This document shows positions 20,260-30,544 of a stretch of 32,000 bases of DNA, piece by piece. The position numbers were made by a program, and so were the translations under genes. The notes beneath the pieces were generated by a model, which made no database searches, was not told the origin of the DNA, and worked only from the letters and a program-made list of their open reading frames with translations. Position 1 is the stretch's first letter. The number at the start of each line of letters is the position of its first letter. Origin of the DNA: an uncultured Lentisphaeria bacterium (GTDB lineage: Bacteria > Verrucomicrobiota > Lentisphaeria > JABSQK01 > JAJFLO01); contig OX638337.1 of the NCBI GenBank assembly GCA_951812855.1, positions 1,410,001 to 1,442,000 on the forward strand, in the 5' to 3' direction.

Positions 20260-20718
20260 GTGACACATTTGACAGAAGGATCCCGGGCTCCTCATTTTGA
20301 AGGAATTAATCAACATGAGGATAAGGTTTCAATTAGAGATTTTGAGGGAAAATATATTATTCTTTATTTTTATCCGAAAGATGATACACCCGGATGTACA
20401 AAAGAAGCCTGTTCATTGCGTGATGGTATTAATAAGTTGAATCAGAATGACGCAGTTGTTATTGGTGTGAGTCCGGATTCAGTAAAATCGCATAAACGCT
20501 TTGCAGAAAAATTTGAATTATCGTTTCACTTACTGGCCGATGAAGACAAGACGATTGTAAAGACATACGGAGTGTGGGGGGAAAAATCTATGTATGGGAA
20601 AAAGTACCCGGGAGTCTTTCGAACTACGTTTATTATTGACTCTGGAGGGATTATTAAAAAGATAATTAAAAAAGTGAAAACAGATGCCCATGCAGATCAA
20701 ATTCTGGAAATTTTATAA
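20260..20718 (+). CDS. bcp: Thiol peroxidase / peroxiredoxin Bcp
   Basis: 'FYPKDDTPGCTKEACSLRD' contains the peroxidatic Cys motif. GTG start preceded by 'aaaggaaag'. Confidence 0.9.
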   Translation: MTHLTEGSRAPHFEGINQHEDKVSIRDFEGKYIILYFYPKDDTPGCTKEACSLRDGINKLNQNDAVVIGVSPDSVKSHKRFAEKFELSFHLLADEDKTIVKTYGVWGEKSMYGKKYPGVFRTTFIIDSGGIIKKIIKKVKTDAHADQILEIL

Positions 20719-20726
20719 GAATTATT

Positions 20727-20987
20727 GTGGTTTCCTGTTTTTTTTGTTATTCTCTTACATCCTCTTTGTGGGCGTTTGATATAAGTGGAGAGTTAACTGT
20801 ATTCAAAAAGCACGGAAACGAACCATTACCTGATGCGTCAAATGCAATTGTTTATATTTCCGGGATTAAAACTCTGCCCCCTTCTGAGCCCGCGATATCA
20901 GAGCAAATGAGCATTTTTAATACCAACAATTTAAATTATTTCATATTTATTTTACCGGCTTCATTTCACCGGAATTTAACCGATTAA
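20727..20987 (+). pseudogene. Possible truncated N-terminal fragment of a secreted protein
   Basis: Signal-like start followed by 'GELTVFKKHGNEPLPDASNAIVYISG...ISEQ', which loosely resembles the N-terminus of secreted cupredoxin-type proteins. The ORF decays into AT-rich sequence and overlaps the 3' end of the symporter gene. Confidence 0.2.
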
Positions 20988-22599
20988 CATAATCATCCGC
21001 CAGTTTTTTTACTTTTCCTGAGATGATAATCATACCGATAATATTAGGAAAAGCCATGCTTAGGAGCATTAAATCAGCAAAACCAATGACATTTTCCAGG
21101 CTTAGGAATGGGCCGAGGATAATAATGAGAACATAAACAAGTCTATAAACAGGAACTGTTTTTTCCCCGAACAAATAGACCGTGCTTCTTTCACCATAAT
21201 AACTCCAGGATATCACAGTAGAATATGCGAATATAGCAACAGCCACAGATAACAATATAGGCATAAATGAACCCAGAGTACTAAACGCCTTTGCTGTAAT
21301 TTGAACTCCTTCACCAGCAAGTTCCGGATCTAAATGCGATCCGGTTATTAGAATTGACAATGCCGTCATTGTACACACCACATGTGTATCTATAAATGGT
21401 CCGATCATCGCGACAGTTCCTTCACGAATTGGTTCATTTGTCCTCGCTGCTGAGTGAGCAATTGCGGCAGATCCAAGTCCAGCTTCATTTGAAAATGATG
21501 CTCTCTTAATCCCCTGGAATAAAACGCCCGCAAAGCCTCCAAAGGCAGCCTCGGGAGACACAGCCTGATTGACAATACTTTTTAGCAGAGGAATGACTTC
21601 GGATATATGACTGACAATTATTAACATACAAACACTACAGTAAAATAGGCACATTAATGGTACAAGCTTACAGGTAACTTCACCGATCCGCTTTATTCCA
21701 CCTATTATGACAATTCCCACAAGAAACGCCAGACCAAGACCGATAACCAGTTTGTAATTCTCCAAAACGGGGAACTGCCATGAAAGTAACTTATATGTTT
21801 GGTTTGCCTGAAACAAATTTCCTCCTCCAAAGGAAGCCCAAATTGTTAAAAACGCAAAAAGTCCCCCAAGTAGTTTTCCAAATCCTGACAGATTGGGAAA
21901 TCGTTCAGTTATACCTTGTTCCAAATAAACCATCGGGCCACCTAAAACCTGACCCTCGTTATCGACTTTACGATATAATTGTGCAAAAGTGCATGACGAA
22001 AATTTCATGCTCATGCCAAAAAATGCGACGACCCACATCCAAAAAACGGCACCGGGGCCTCCAAGTGAAATGGCAACTGCGACTCCGGCGATATTGCCTA
22101 ATCCAACGGTTGCAGCCAATGCTGAAGTTAACGCCTGAAAATGGGTAACTTCACCGACATCATCAGGATTATCGAATTTACCTCGAATTACATCAAAACT
22201 GTGTCGAAACAGCCGGATGTTGATGAATCGATACCGAAACGTAAAAAATAACCCGCCCAATACCATGATAATTAAGAGGAAGGGCATTTTAATTGTTGAG
22301 GTAATCGGAACTGGATAAAACAGAACCGGAGCAATTATTCCAACCAACTTACCAAAAAAACTGTTCGTTTTGTCCTGTATGATTTTTGGTGCGGAATTAT
22401 TCTCAACAGTTGCTGATTCTTCGGGGGACTGAATTATTTTTGATTCAATTTGATCGACCGTTTCTGCAGTATTGAGCTCCGGGAGAACAGGTGCAGAAGA
22501 ATTACTGTCATCTTGACTAAACAATAATCCAATGAAAAGCAATGTACAAAACCCGATAAACAACAATGTTCGTTGTGATTTAAATAAATTCTTATCCAT
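20947..22599 (-). CDS. Alanine/glycine:cation symporter (AGCS family) with an N-terminal extension
   Basis: 'FQALTSALAATVGLGNIAGVAVAISLGGPGAVFWMW' is the AGCS signature region. The protein is polytopic. Confidence 0.9.
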   Translation of the reverse strand: MDKNLFKSQRTLLFIGFCTLLFIGLLFSQDDSNSSAPVLPELNTAETVDQIESKIIQSPEESATVENNSAPKIIQDKTNSFFGKLVGIIAPVLFYPVPITSTIKMPFLLIIMVLGGLFFTFRYRFINIRLFRHSFDVIRGKFDNPDDVGEVTHFQALTSALAATVGLGNIAGVAVAISLGGPGAVFWMWVVAFFGMSMKFSSCTFAQLYRKVDNEGQVLGGPMVYLEQGITERFPNLSGFGKLLGGLFAFLTIWASFGGGNLFQANQTYKLLSWQFPVLENYKLVIGLGLAFLVGIVIIGGIKRIGEVTCKLVPLMCLFYCSVCMLIIVSHISEVIPLLKSIVNQAVSPEAAFGGFAGVLFQGIKRASFSNEAGLGSAAIAHSAARTNEPIREGTVAMIGPFIDTHVVCTMTALSILITGSHLDPELAGEGVQITAKAFSTLGSFMPILLSVAVAIFAYSTVISWSYYGERSTVYLFGEKTVPVYRLVYVLIIILGPFLSLENVIGFADLMLLSMAFPNIIGMIIISGKVKKLADDYVNRLNSGEMKPVK

Positions 22600-22881
22600 T
22601 TTTTCCCCTTGTTTTTACAGTAAAACACCAAGTTAATTTACAAAGATTAGATGTCAATAAAACGTCACCGTAAATAATCATCGGCATCCGGAGAATTTCT
22701 GATATTTATGAATAGGTGATTGTGGATACTGGTAGAATTGGAAAAATCCTAAGTAATTTTAAGATGCCTATCATTATTTTCCTTAGTTTCTGTAAGTTTT
22801 ACAATTGTCATGAGTTATTTTCATTGCAATATAACAGTTGTTTACCAATACATTAAGCAACATGATCGGGGCTGCTTTTAA

Positions 22882-22916
22882 TGTCTATTTAATCTGAATC
22901 TCAGATTAAATAGACA
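22882..22916. promoter_or_regulatory. Perfect 16-bp inverted repeat with a 3-nt spacer (candidate operator or 5'-UTR hairpin)
   Basis: TGTCTATTTAATCTGA-atc-TCAGATTAAATAGACA, checked base by base. It ends 27 nt upstream of the 22943 start and lies in the divergent region shared with the symporter. Confidence 0.5.
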
Positions 22917-22942
22917 ACCATAAATTTCATTGGTGCAACTTT

Positions 22943-23578
22943 TTGAAACTTAGGCATTTACATTTTATTTTGGTGGGGATTTCACTGACATTGAGCTCGG
23001 GATGTTTGCATTTCGAACAAGTTATCGAGATACGAGAAAATAATAAAGGCGTATTTCAATATAACATATCGATGCCCATTGATATTTATCAATCAATGAA
23101 AGACACCGAATCGATTGCTCCGCATACGATCTTTCAATTTTTTGATCCTAAACATGGAAACAGCTATTTTGCTGATGAACCTGGTTTAAGTATTGATCGG
23201 TATCGGGTTTATGAACGAAAAGATAGAATTTATGTTAAAATAAAAGGCTTGATTAGTAACCTGAAAAAAACTTTGGACTCAAAAAAACTCGGAGATTTTT
23301 CATTAATAAAACATTCTGAGGACGATACATATTTACTGAGATTGAGTCTTGAGCCTCATTCAGATTTTTTCAAAAAAGACACAGACCCTGAAAAAATGGA
23401 GAAAATGAGAAACCTTCTCAAAGGCACAACATTGTCGTTAACACTAAAAGTACCGAATAAAATTGTAGACAGTTCAGCAAGAATAGAATCAAAAAAATCC
23501 GTTAAGTGGATTTTTGATATCAGTAAGAACGATGATTTTCTAAAAAACAGACCGGATATTTTTGTAAGCTTTAAATAG
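22943..23578 (+). CDS. Hypothetical lipoprotein
   Basis: TTG start. The signal 'MKLRHLHFILVGISLTLSSGC' has a lipobox-like SSGC. I recognise no family. Confidence 0.55.
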   Translation: MKLRHLHFILVGISLTLSSGCLHFEQVIEIRENNKGVFQYNISMPIDIYQSMKDTESIAPHTIFQFFDPKHGNSYFADEPGLSIDRYRVYERKDRIYVKIKGLISNLKKTLDSKKLGDFSLIKHSEDDTYLLRLSLEPHSDFFKKDTDPEKMEKMRNLLKGTTLSLTLKVPNKIVDSSARIESKKSVKWIFDISKNDDFLKNRPDIFVSFK

Positions 23579-23785
23579 AGTAACTGTCACATCTGTTTTA
23601 CAGTCTTTTTTAATCCGCCTCAGCAGGTATGCCGGAATACATTAAATCTGAATAGTTATATTTCTTCAGCTTTATGCTTCAACAATAATAGATTCTTGTC
23701 CGGGTTAATTTGAAATCTGAAATTATCAAGGAGATCCTCAACCTTAGGGCTTTCTTCCAGTAGTCTTTCGTCGTTAACAAAACCT

Positions 23786-24133
23786 TTAGCCATGTTGTTG
23801 CTGTTGCTCTTTAAAAATCTGTTGCTTTTTTTGGTTGAATTCTTCTTCTGTTAACAAACCATTCTTTTTCAAATCAGCTAATTTTTTAATTTCATCTGCC
23901 CCACCGTGTGAGGTGTCATTTTTTACAACAACATCAACATTATTTGGGTATGGATTTGTGCATGCCCATACAAGAGCAAGAACCCAGAAAACACCAGTCA
24001 ATCCAAGAAGTAGGTTAAATACGAAAATTGCGGGTATTGAAGGATGCTTTCTAATTTCAGCTACAATCGTTGGAAAAAAATAGCTGCAAAAAAGCAATGA
24101 AAAGAAAAATATTATTAAAAAAGCGTCTTCCAT
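23786..24133 (-). CDS. Superinfection-immunity-family membrane protein with a C-terminal SHOCT domain
   Basis: 'FFPTIVAEIRKHPSIPAIFVFNLLLGLTGVFWVLALVWAC' matches the Imm_superinfect pattern. 'EIKKLADLKKNGLLTEEEFNQKKQQI' matches SHOCT. Confidence 0.7.
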   Translation of the reverse strand: MEDAFLIIFFFSLLFCSYFFPTIVAEIRKHPSIPAIFVFNLLLGLTGVFWVLALVWACTNPYPNNVDVVVKNDTSHGGADEIKKLADLKKNGLLTEEEFNQKKQQIFKEQQQQHG

Positions 24134-24508
24134 ATTACAATGATTATTAGTTAATCTTTGTATCTTATCTACTTCTTATGTGTACATATTGAAAAAAACC
24201 ATTGCAATACGTGAAGCAATATCAATAGTATCCCTTTTTTTTATTTTTGTTGTCAATAATTCTCTTTATAGTTTTGTAAAAGATTTTTGAAAGTGTCAAC
24301 CTTTTTTAAAACCAGTAAAACCAAGGACACCCCTTACAAAGGAATCGACTGCTTAAAAAACTTTTACCTTAAAAATAATTGTTTATACCGTATTGATATG
24401 GGATATTACCGTGATTGCGGGGTGAATAATTAAAAATAGCATTTCCTCCAATACCTTCGAGTTACAAATTATTAAAATCAATCGCACAGAATTGACTCCG
24501 GATTTCAT

Positions 24509-26102
<1,594 letters not shown>

Positions 26103-26113
<11 letters not shown>

Positions 26114-27392
26114 GTGGACAGAAGGCACGTTAGCAGACATCGCAGAGGTGCTGATGGGACAATCACCTCCCGGAAAGGATTGCTCAAAAGAGCCAATTGG
26201 ACCGTCTTTATTGAACGGACCAACGGAGTTCGGCTCTCATTCGCCTGAGACAAGGCAATACACGGAAAACCCAAAGAGGATGTCTAAAGATGGCGACCTC
26301 TTGTTCTGCGTCCGGGGATCGATAGGAAGAATGAATTGGTCAGATCAAGAATACGCGATTGGCCGAGGACTCGCGGCCATTCGGCATAAGGATCCGGACT
26401 GCCAACAATATCTACGTGGTGTAATTGACTACCGATTGGACGAACTGCTTTCAGTAGCTACTGGGTCAACATTCCCAAACGTAAGCAGAAACCAAATCCT
26501 CGGAATTAAGGTAAACATCCCACCCCTACCCGAGCAGAAAGAGATTGCTCACATCCTGGGATCACTGGATGACAGGATTGAGTTGAATAACCGGATGAAT
26601 GCGACGCTCGAAGGAATGGCACAGGCACTTTTTAAGAGCTGGTTTGTGGACTTTGACCCGGTGATCGACAATGCCCTCGCCGCCGGCAATCCGATACCGC
26701 CTGCATTGCAGGCGAAGGCTGAATTAAGAATGCTGAATGCTGAATCAGAAAACTCCTCCACTCATCATTCATCACTTAGCACTCATCATTCTCTTTTCCC
26801 CGCCGCCTTCGAGTTCACCGAACAACTCGGCTGGATTCCCGAGGGGTGGGACGTCGCAAAAGCTGAAAACTTAGTTACTCGACACAAAGTAAAACAGAAG
26901 TTCACGAAGAAGAACGCGTTGAATGAAGGGCCGGTTCCGATTTTCGATCAAGGAGCAGGCCTTCTTTTGGGATATAGCGAACTTCCCGCTGACCAAGATT
27001 CCTCAAAAGAGAATCCCAGATTTATTTTCGGCGACCATACCTGCATTACCCACTTGTCGACCAAGCCCTTTTCAGTAGGCCCAAATGTAATTCCCCTTTC
27101 AGCGAAGACACATGCTCCTTACTGGACCTACTACGCGATTAAGGATATCCAAGAATTCCAAGAATACCGACGGCACTGGATGGAGTTCTCAATCAAAGAG
27201 ACCTTGCTGCCGTCACCGGAGTTAGTAGCTGTTTTCAACGACCACGCTAAAGAGTTTCGTGCGTCGATGGAGTTAAATGACGAGATGTCGAAGACTCTCG
27301 CTCGACTCCGCGATGTCCTTCTCCCGAAGCTCATTTCCGGTGAACTCCGTATCCCGAAAGCTGAACAACTCACAGAGGAAGCATTGGCATGA
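26103..27392 (+). CDS. hsdS: Type I restriction-modification specificity subunit (two TRDs)
   Basis: Conserved 'LPPLPEQKEIAHILGSLDDRIELN...LFKSWFVDFDPV' and C-terminal 'LRDVLLPKLISGELRI'. 11-nt overlap with hsdM. Confidence 0.9.
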
Positions 27393-29374
27393 TTGAGTTG
27401 CACACAATCGACGATATTGTTCTGTTGGCAGAATCCTCCGATCTCGAATGTAAACGTGCTGGAGGGAAGGATGGAAAAGGCGAGCTGCCCAGGGATTTTT
27501 GGAAGAGCTATTCTGCGATGGCCAACACCGACGGTGGCACCGTCTTGCTGGGAATAAAAGAGAGGGACGGGCAGTTTCAACTCGGCGGGCTCGAGCGAAT
27601 AGAAAAGATTAAAAAGGACCTGTTTGATACGGCTAACAACAAGGGTAAAGTCAGCGTCAACCTGCTCGCCAACAGCTCGGTCGACACGCTCACGATAGAT
27701 GGTATTTGCCTACTTAGAATTGATATCCGCCGGGCCGGCCGTGAAGAACGCCCTGTCTACCTGAACGGCAATCCCCTGGGGAACAGCTTTATTCGCAGGC
27801 ATGAGGCTGATCAGCGACTGTCGGATGAAGCCGTCAAGCGCATGCTCGCGGAACAAACCGAAGACAGTCGCGACACCAAAATCCTGAAAGGCTTCTTTCT
27901 GAATGATCTTTGCGAAGAGACCCTGCGCACTTACCGACAAGTATTTACCAACCGGCAGCCTGCCCACCCCTGGAACGGACTGGAGCTTTGCCCATTCTTA
28001 CAGCAAGTAGGAGCGTGGCGTACCGACCGTGAGACCGGTGAGCATGGGCTAACGGCTGCCGGGCTGCTCATGTTTGGTTACCACTCTACGATTCAGGAAG
28101 CGTATCCCAACTACATGCTCGACTACCAGGAGCGTCCGGAGGCAAAAACGGAGAACCGCTGGATTGACCGTATAACGCTTGATGGAACATGGTCGGGGAA
28201 TCTCTACGATTTCTACCGCAAAATCTATCCAAAGTTGACGGAGAGCTTAAAAACTCCCTTTGAGCTGCAGGACGATCAGCGTGTGGACGAGTCTCCGATC
28301 CACGTTGCGATTCGTGAAGCGCTTTGCAATGTATTGGTGCATGCCGACTATTCGGACCGTTGCTCGGTATTGGTCGTCAAACGGCCTGATTTATTCGGAT
28401 TTCGCAATCCGGGTCTGATGCGTATCCCGGTCGACTTTGCACTTCGTGGCGGCAGCCCGGACTGCCGCAATCGAAATTTGCACCAAATGTTCCGTTATGT
28501 AGGTATCGGCGATCAGGCAGGCTCCGGCATCCCAAAAATCATGAAGTCCTGGTATGATTGCCACTGGCGCCCTCCTGAACTTATGGATAGACGAGAACCC
28601 TATGATCAAACTATCCTGCGGATGCGAATGATCGACCTGTTCCCGCAAAAATTGGTGCAAGAACTCGAATTGAAATTTGGGGAGCGCTATCAGGAACTTT
28701 TACATATCGAACGGGTGGCATTGGCGATCGCAGCAGTCGAAGAGATCGTAACCCATCAGCGTCTATATGCTCTGGCCGGAGGACACCCTGCGGGTGCGAG
28801 TCGCTGCCTCAGGAGTCTCGTCGAAAAGGGGTTCCTGGAACAAACAGGCAGCAGTCGAGGTGCAGTTTACCACATTTTGGGTGCCAGAATCCCAGGCCCC
28901 GAAGATGTCTTTGATTCTTCTGATTTCGCCGGGAGCTCCCCGATTAGTGAGAACAGGTCCCTGATTAGTGGACCGAGCTCCCCGATTAGTGAGGACAGCT
29001 TGTCAATTAGCAACACTGATACTGAAAGCTCCCTGCGTAATGTCGATGGGCTTGTGATGTCGCCCTTACACGATTTGCCGTTCGTCGACGATATGGAAGC
29101 ACTCTCCAACTCATATCGAGCTCAACTGAAACAACTTGCAAGCGAACCCAGAACCAGGAAACGCCTAAAACGGGAGCTAATGCAAGGCGTTTTAGAGTCT
29201 CTGACTACCGGGCATTATATTACGATCGCGTGCTTGTCTGAACTCACAAAGCGAGATCCCGAAAGCCTAAGGCAACTATACTTAACCAAAATGGTGAGGG
29301 AAGGAACCCTGGATATCGCATTTCCCCGCACACCAAACGATCCGCGCCAAGCATATACAAAAGCTCGAAGATGA
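27389..29374 (+). CDS. AlbA_2 (Schlafen-like, divergent AAA_4) plus HATPase_c_4 plus wHTH protein, often annotated as a RecG-like or putative transcriptional regulator
   Basis: 'ESSDLECKRAGG...SYSAMANTDGGTVLLGIKE' (AlbA_2), 'AIREALCNVLVHADYS...FRNPG...RNRNLHQMF...GSGIPKI' (HATPase_c_4) and C-terminal wHTH-like segments. ATGA overlap with hsdS. Confidence 0.8.
   Translation: MIELHTIDDIVLLAESSDLECKRAGGKDGKGELPRDFWKSYSAMANTDGGTVLLGIKERDGQFQLGGLERIEKIKKDLFDTANNKGKVSVNLLANSSVDTLTIDGICLLRIDIRRAGREERPVYLNGNPLGNSFIRRHEADQRLSDEAVKRMLAEQTEDSRDTKILKGFFLNDLCEETLRTYRQVFTNRQPAHPWNGLELCPFLQQVGAWRTDRETGEHGLTAAGLLMFGYHSTIQEAYPNYMLDYQERPEAKTENRWIDRITLDGTWSGNLYDFYRKIYPKLTESLKTPFELQDDQRVDESPIHVAIREALCNVLVHADYSDRCSVLVVKRPDLFGFRNPGLMRIPVDFALRGGSPDCRNRNLHQMFRYVGIGDQAGSGIPKIMKSWYDCHWRPPELMDRREPYDQTILRMRMIDLFPQKLVQELELKFGERYQELLHIERVALAIAAVEEIVTHQRLYALAGGHPAGASRCLRSLVEKGFLEQTGSSRGAVYHILGARIPGPEDVFDSSDFAGSSPISENRSLISGPSSPISEDSLSISNTDTESSLRNVDGLVMSPLHDLPFVDDMEALSNSYRAQLKQLASEPRTRKRLKRELMQGVLESLTTGHYITIACLSELTKRDPESLRQLYLTKMVREGTLDIAFPRTPNDPRQAYTKARR
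28933..28998 (+). repeat. Tandem duplication: 24-nt cores at 28933-28956 and 28975-28998 (23/24 identical, 42-nt period) on a degenerate 21-nt/7-aa repeat
   Basis: GAGCTCCCCGATTAGTGAG[A/G]ACAG occurs twice and encodes 'SSPISEN RSLISGP SSPISED SLSISNT'. Confidence 0.8.
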
Positions 29375-29412
29375 AATTCACCGAAGCCGAATCTGCAATT
29401 TTTAAAAGATGA
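29371..29412 (+). pseudogene. Remnant of an hsdR 5' end (MKFTEAESAIFKR*)
   Basis: ATGAAATTCACCGAAG is 15/16 identical to the real hsdR start at 31002-31017, and both overlap the preceding stop codon as ATGA. The remnant peptide resembles hsdR 'MKFTEGQLEAAII'. Confidence 0.6.
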
Positions 29413-29425
29413 TGGAGGATAAATT

Positions 29426-29518
29426 ATGAGTGATGAATTAAAGAAGATTCAGTTTTCAGCAATCGTCATTCACTGCAGTGTTCTCTACGCTGAAAATATA
29501 GCTGAGGAGACATTTTAA
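29426..29518 (+). CDS. Candidate 30-codon small ORF or leader peptide (MSDELKKIQFSAIVIHCSVLYAENIAEETF)
   Basis: GGAGG lies 7 nt upstream of the ATG, the strongest SD-like site I noted in the island. The TAA stop abuts the next ATG (TAAATG). Confidence 0.3.
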   Translation: MSDELKKIQFSAIVIHCSVLYAENIAEETF

Positions 29519-30544
29519 ATGAAAAAAGATCTCACCACCTCTCACATCGATCGACAAAATATTCTGAATAACCCATATGCACTTTCTGAAATTGAAAAAG
29601 CGGCAGGAATCAAAGGTATTTCCTTTGAAGGGAAATCTGTAGTATTGAAGGAACAAATCGCACTGTTTTTTGAAGTCACACCGCGAACCGTTGATAATTA
29701 TCTGGAGAAAAACGCCTCAGAATTGCAACAGAATGGTTACGAGGTTCTCAAAGGTAACCGATTGAAAGCTATCAAGTTAGCGATTCAGCAATCCGATGTT
29801 CACGAAAGAGATTTCGTGAACATAAATAAAAGCGCCCAATTGGGGGTCTTCGATATTCGTGCTTTTCTCAATCTGGCTATGTTGATGTGCGAATCCGAAC
29901 GTGCCGGTCTGCTTCGCAAGGCAATTCTTGATATCGTGATTGATACGATTAATCAGCGAACAGGCGGTGGTACGAAATACATCAATCAACGCGATGAAGA
30001 ATTCATCCAATCCGCGTTTGTCGAAGAGAATTACCGTAAACAATTCACCGATGCCCTTGATCATTGTATTGACATGGGAAAAATCAAATACGCAATTTAC
30101 ACCGATAAGATTTATATCAGTATCTTTAAGGAAAAATCTCAGGAGTACCGGAAAATTTTGAAGTTATCAAATCGAGACAGCCTGCGTGATACCTTCTACT
30201 CAGAAGTGCTTGACCTCATCGCATCTTACGAATGTGGCTTTGCTGATATTCTGGAAGACGCTTTCAGGAACAAAGGTCGAAAGCTTACGAACTGGGAAGT
30301 CGACCGTCTATTTAAGAAATTCGAGAAGCAGGCTCACTGGAAGCCGCTCATTGAAAAAGCTCGTAACAAAATGGCCAGCCGTGACCTGGTTTTTCGTGAT
30401 GCTCTTCATCTCCAGTTAAAAGACTGTATAACGCCACTTCAGCGGGATGAATTCGAACGATTCCTCGGGGAGAAAAGTCAAGAACTTGCCGAACGTCTTG
30501 ACGAAGCCGGGGATGTATTGAAACGCCTCAAGGAGCGCGAGTAA
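29519..30544 (+). CDS. 341-aa putative HTH DNA-binding protein of unrecognised family, translationally coupled to the Doc gene
   Basis: HTH-like 'LKEQIALFFEVTPRTVDNYLEKN', and 'LGVFDIRAFLNLAMLM.SERA' reminiscent of Bro-N/ORF6N/DinD-type proteins. The stop overlaps the Doc start (TAATG). Confidence 0.6.
   Translation: MKKDLTTSHIDRQNILNNPYALSEIEKAAGIKGISFEGKSVVLKEQIALFFEVTPRTVDNYLEKNASELQQNGYEVLKGNRLKAIKLAIQQSDVHERDFVNINKSAQLGVFDIRAFLNLAMLMCESERAGLLRKAILDIVIDTINQRTGGGTKYINQRDEEFIQSAFVEENYRKQFTDALDHCIDMGKIKYAIYTDKIYISIFKEKSQEYRKILKLSNRDSLRDTFYSEVLDLIASYECGFADILEDAFRNKGRKLTNWEVDRLFKKFEKQAHWKPLIEKARNKMASRDLVFRDALHLQLKDCITPLQRDEFERFLGEKSQELAERLDEAGDVLKRLKERE

Noticed and set aside
29456-29656. Minus-strand 66-aa ORF spanning the start of the 341-aa gene
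   Set aside because: It runs antisense to two plus-strand ORFs that show coupling signals, and it has no motif support.
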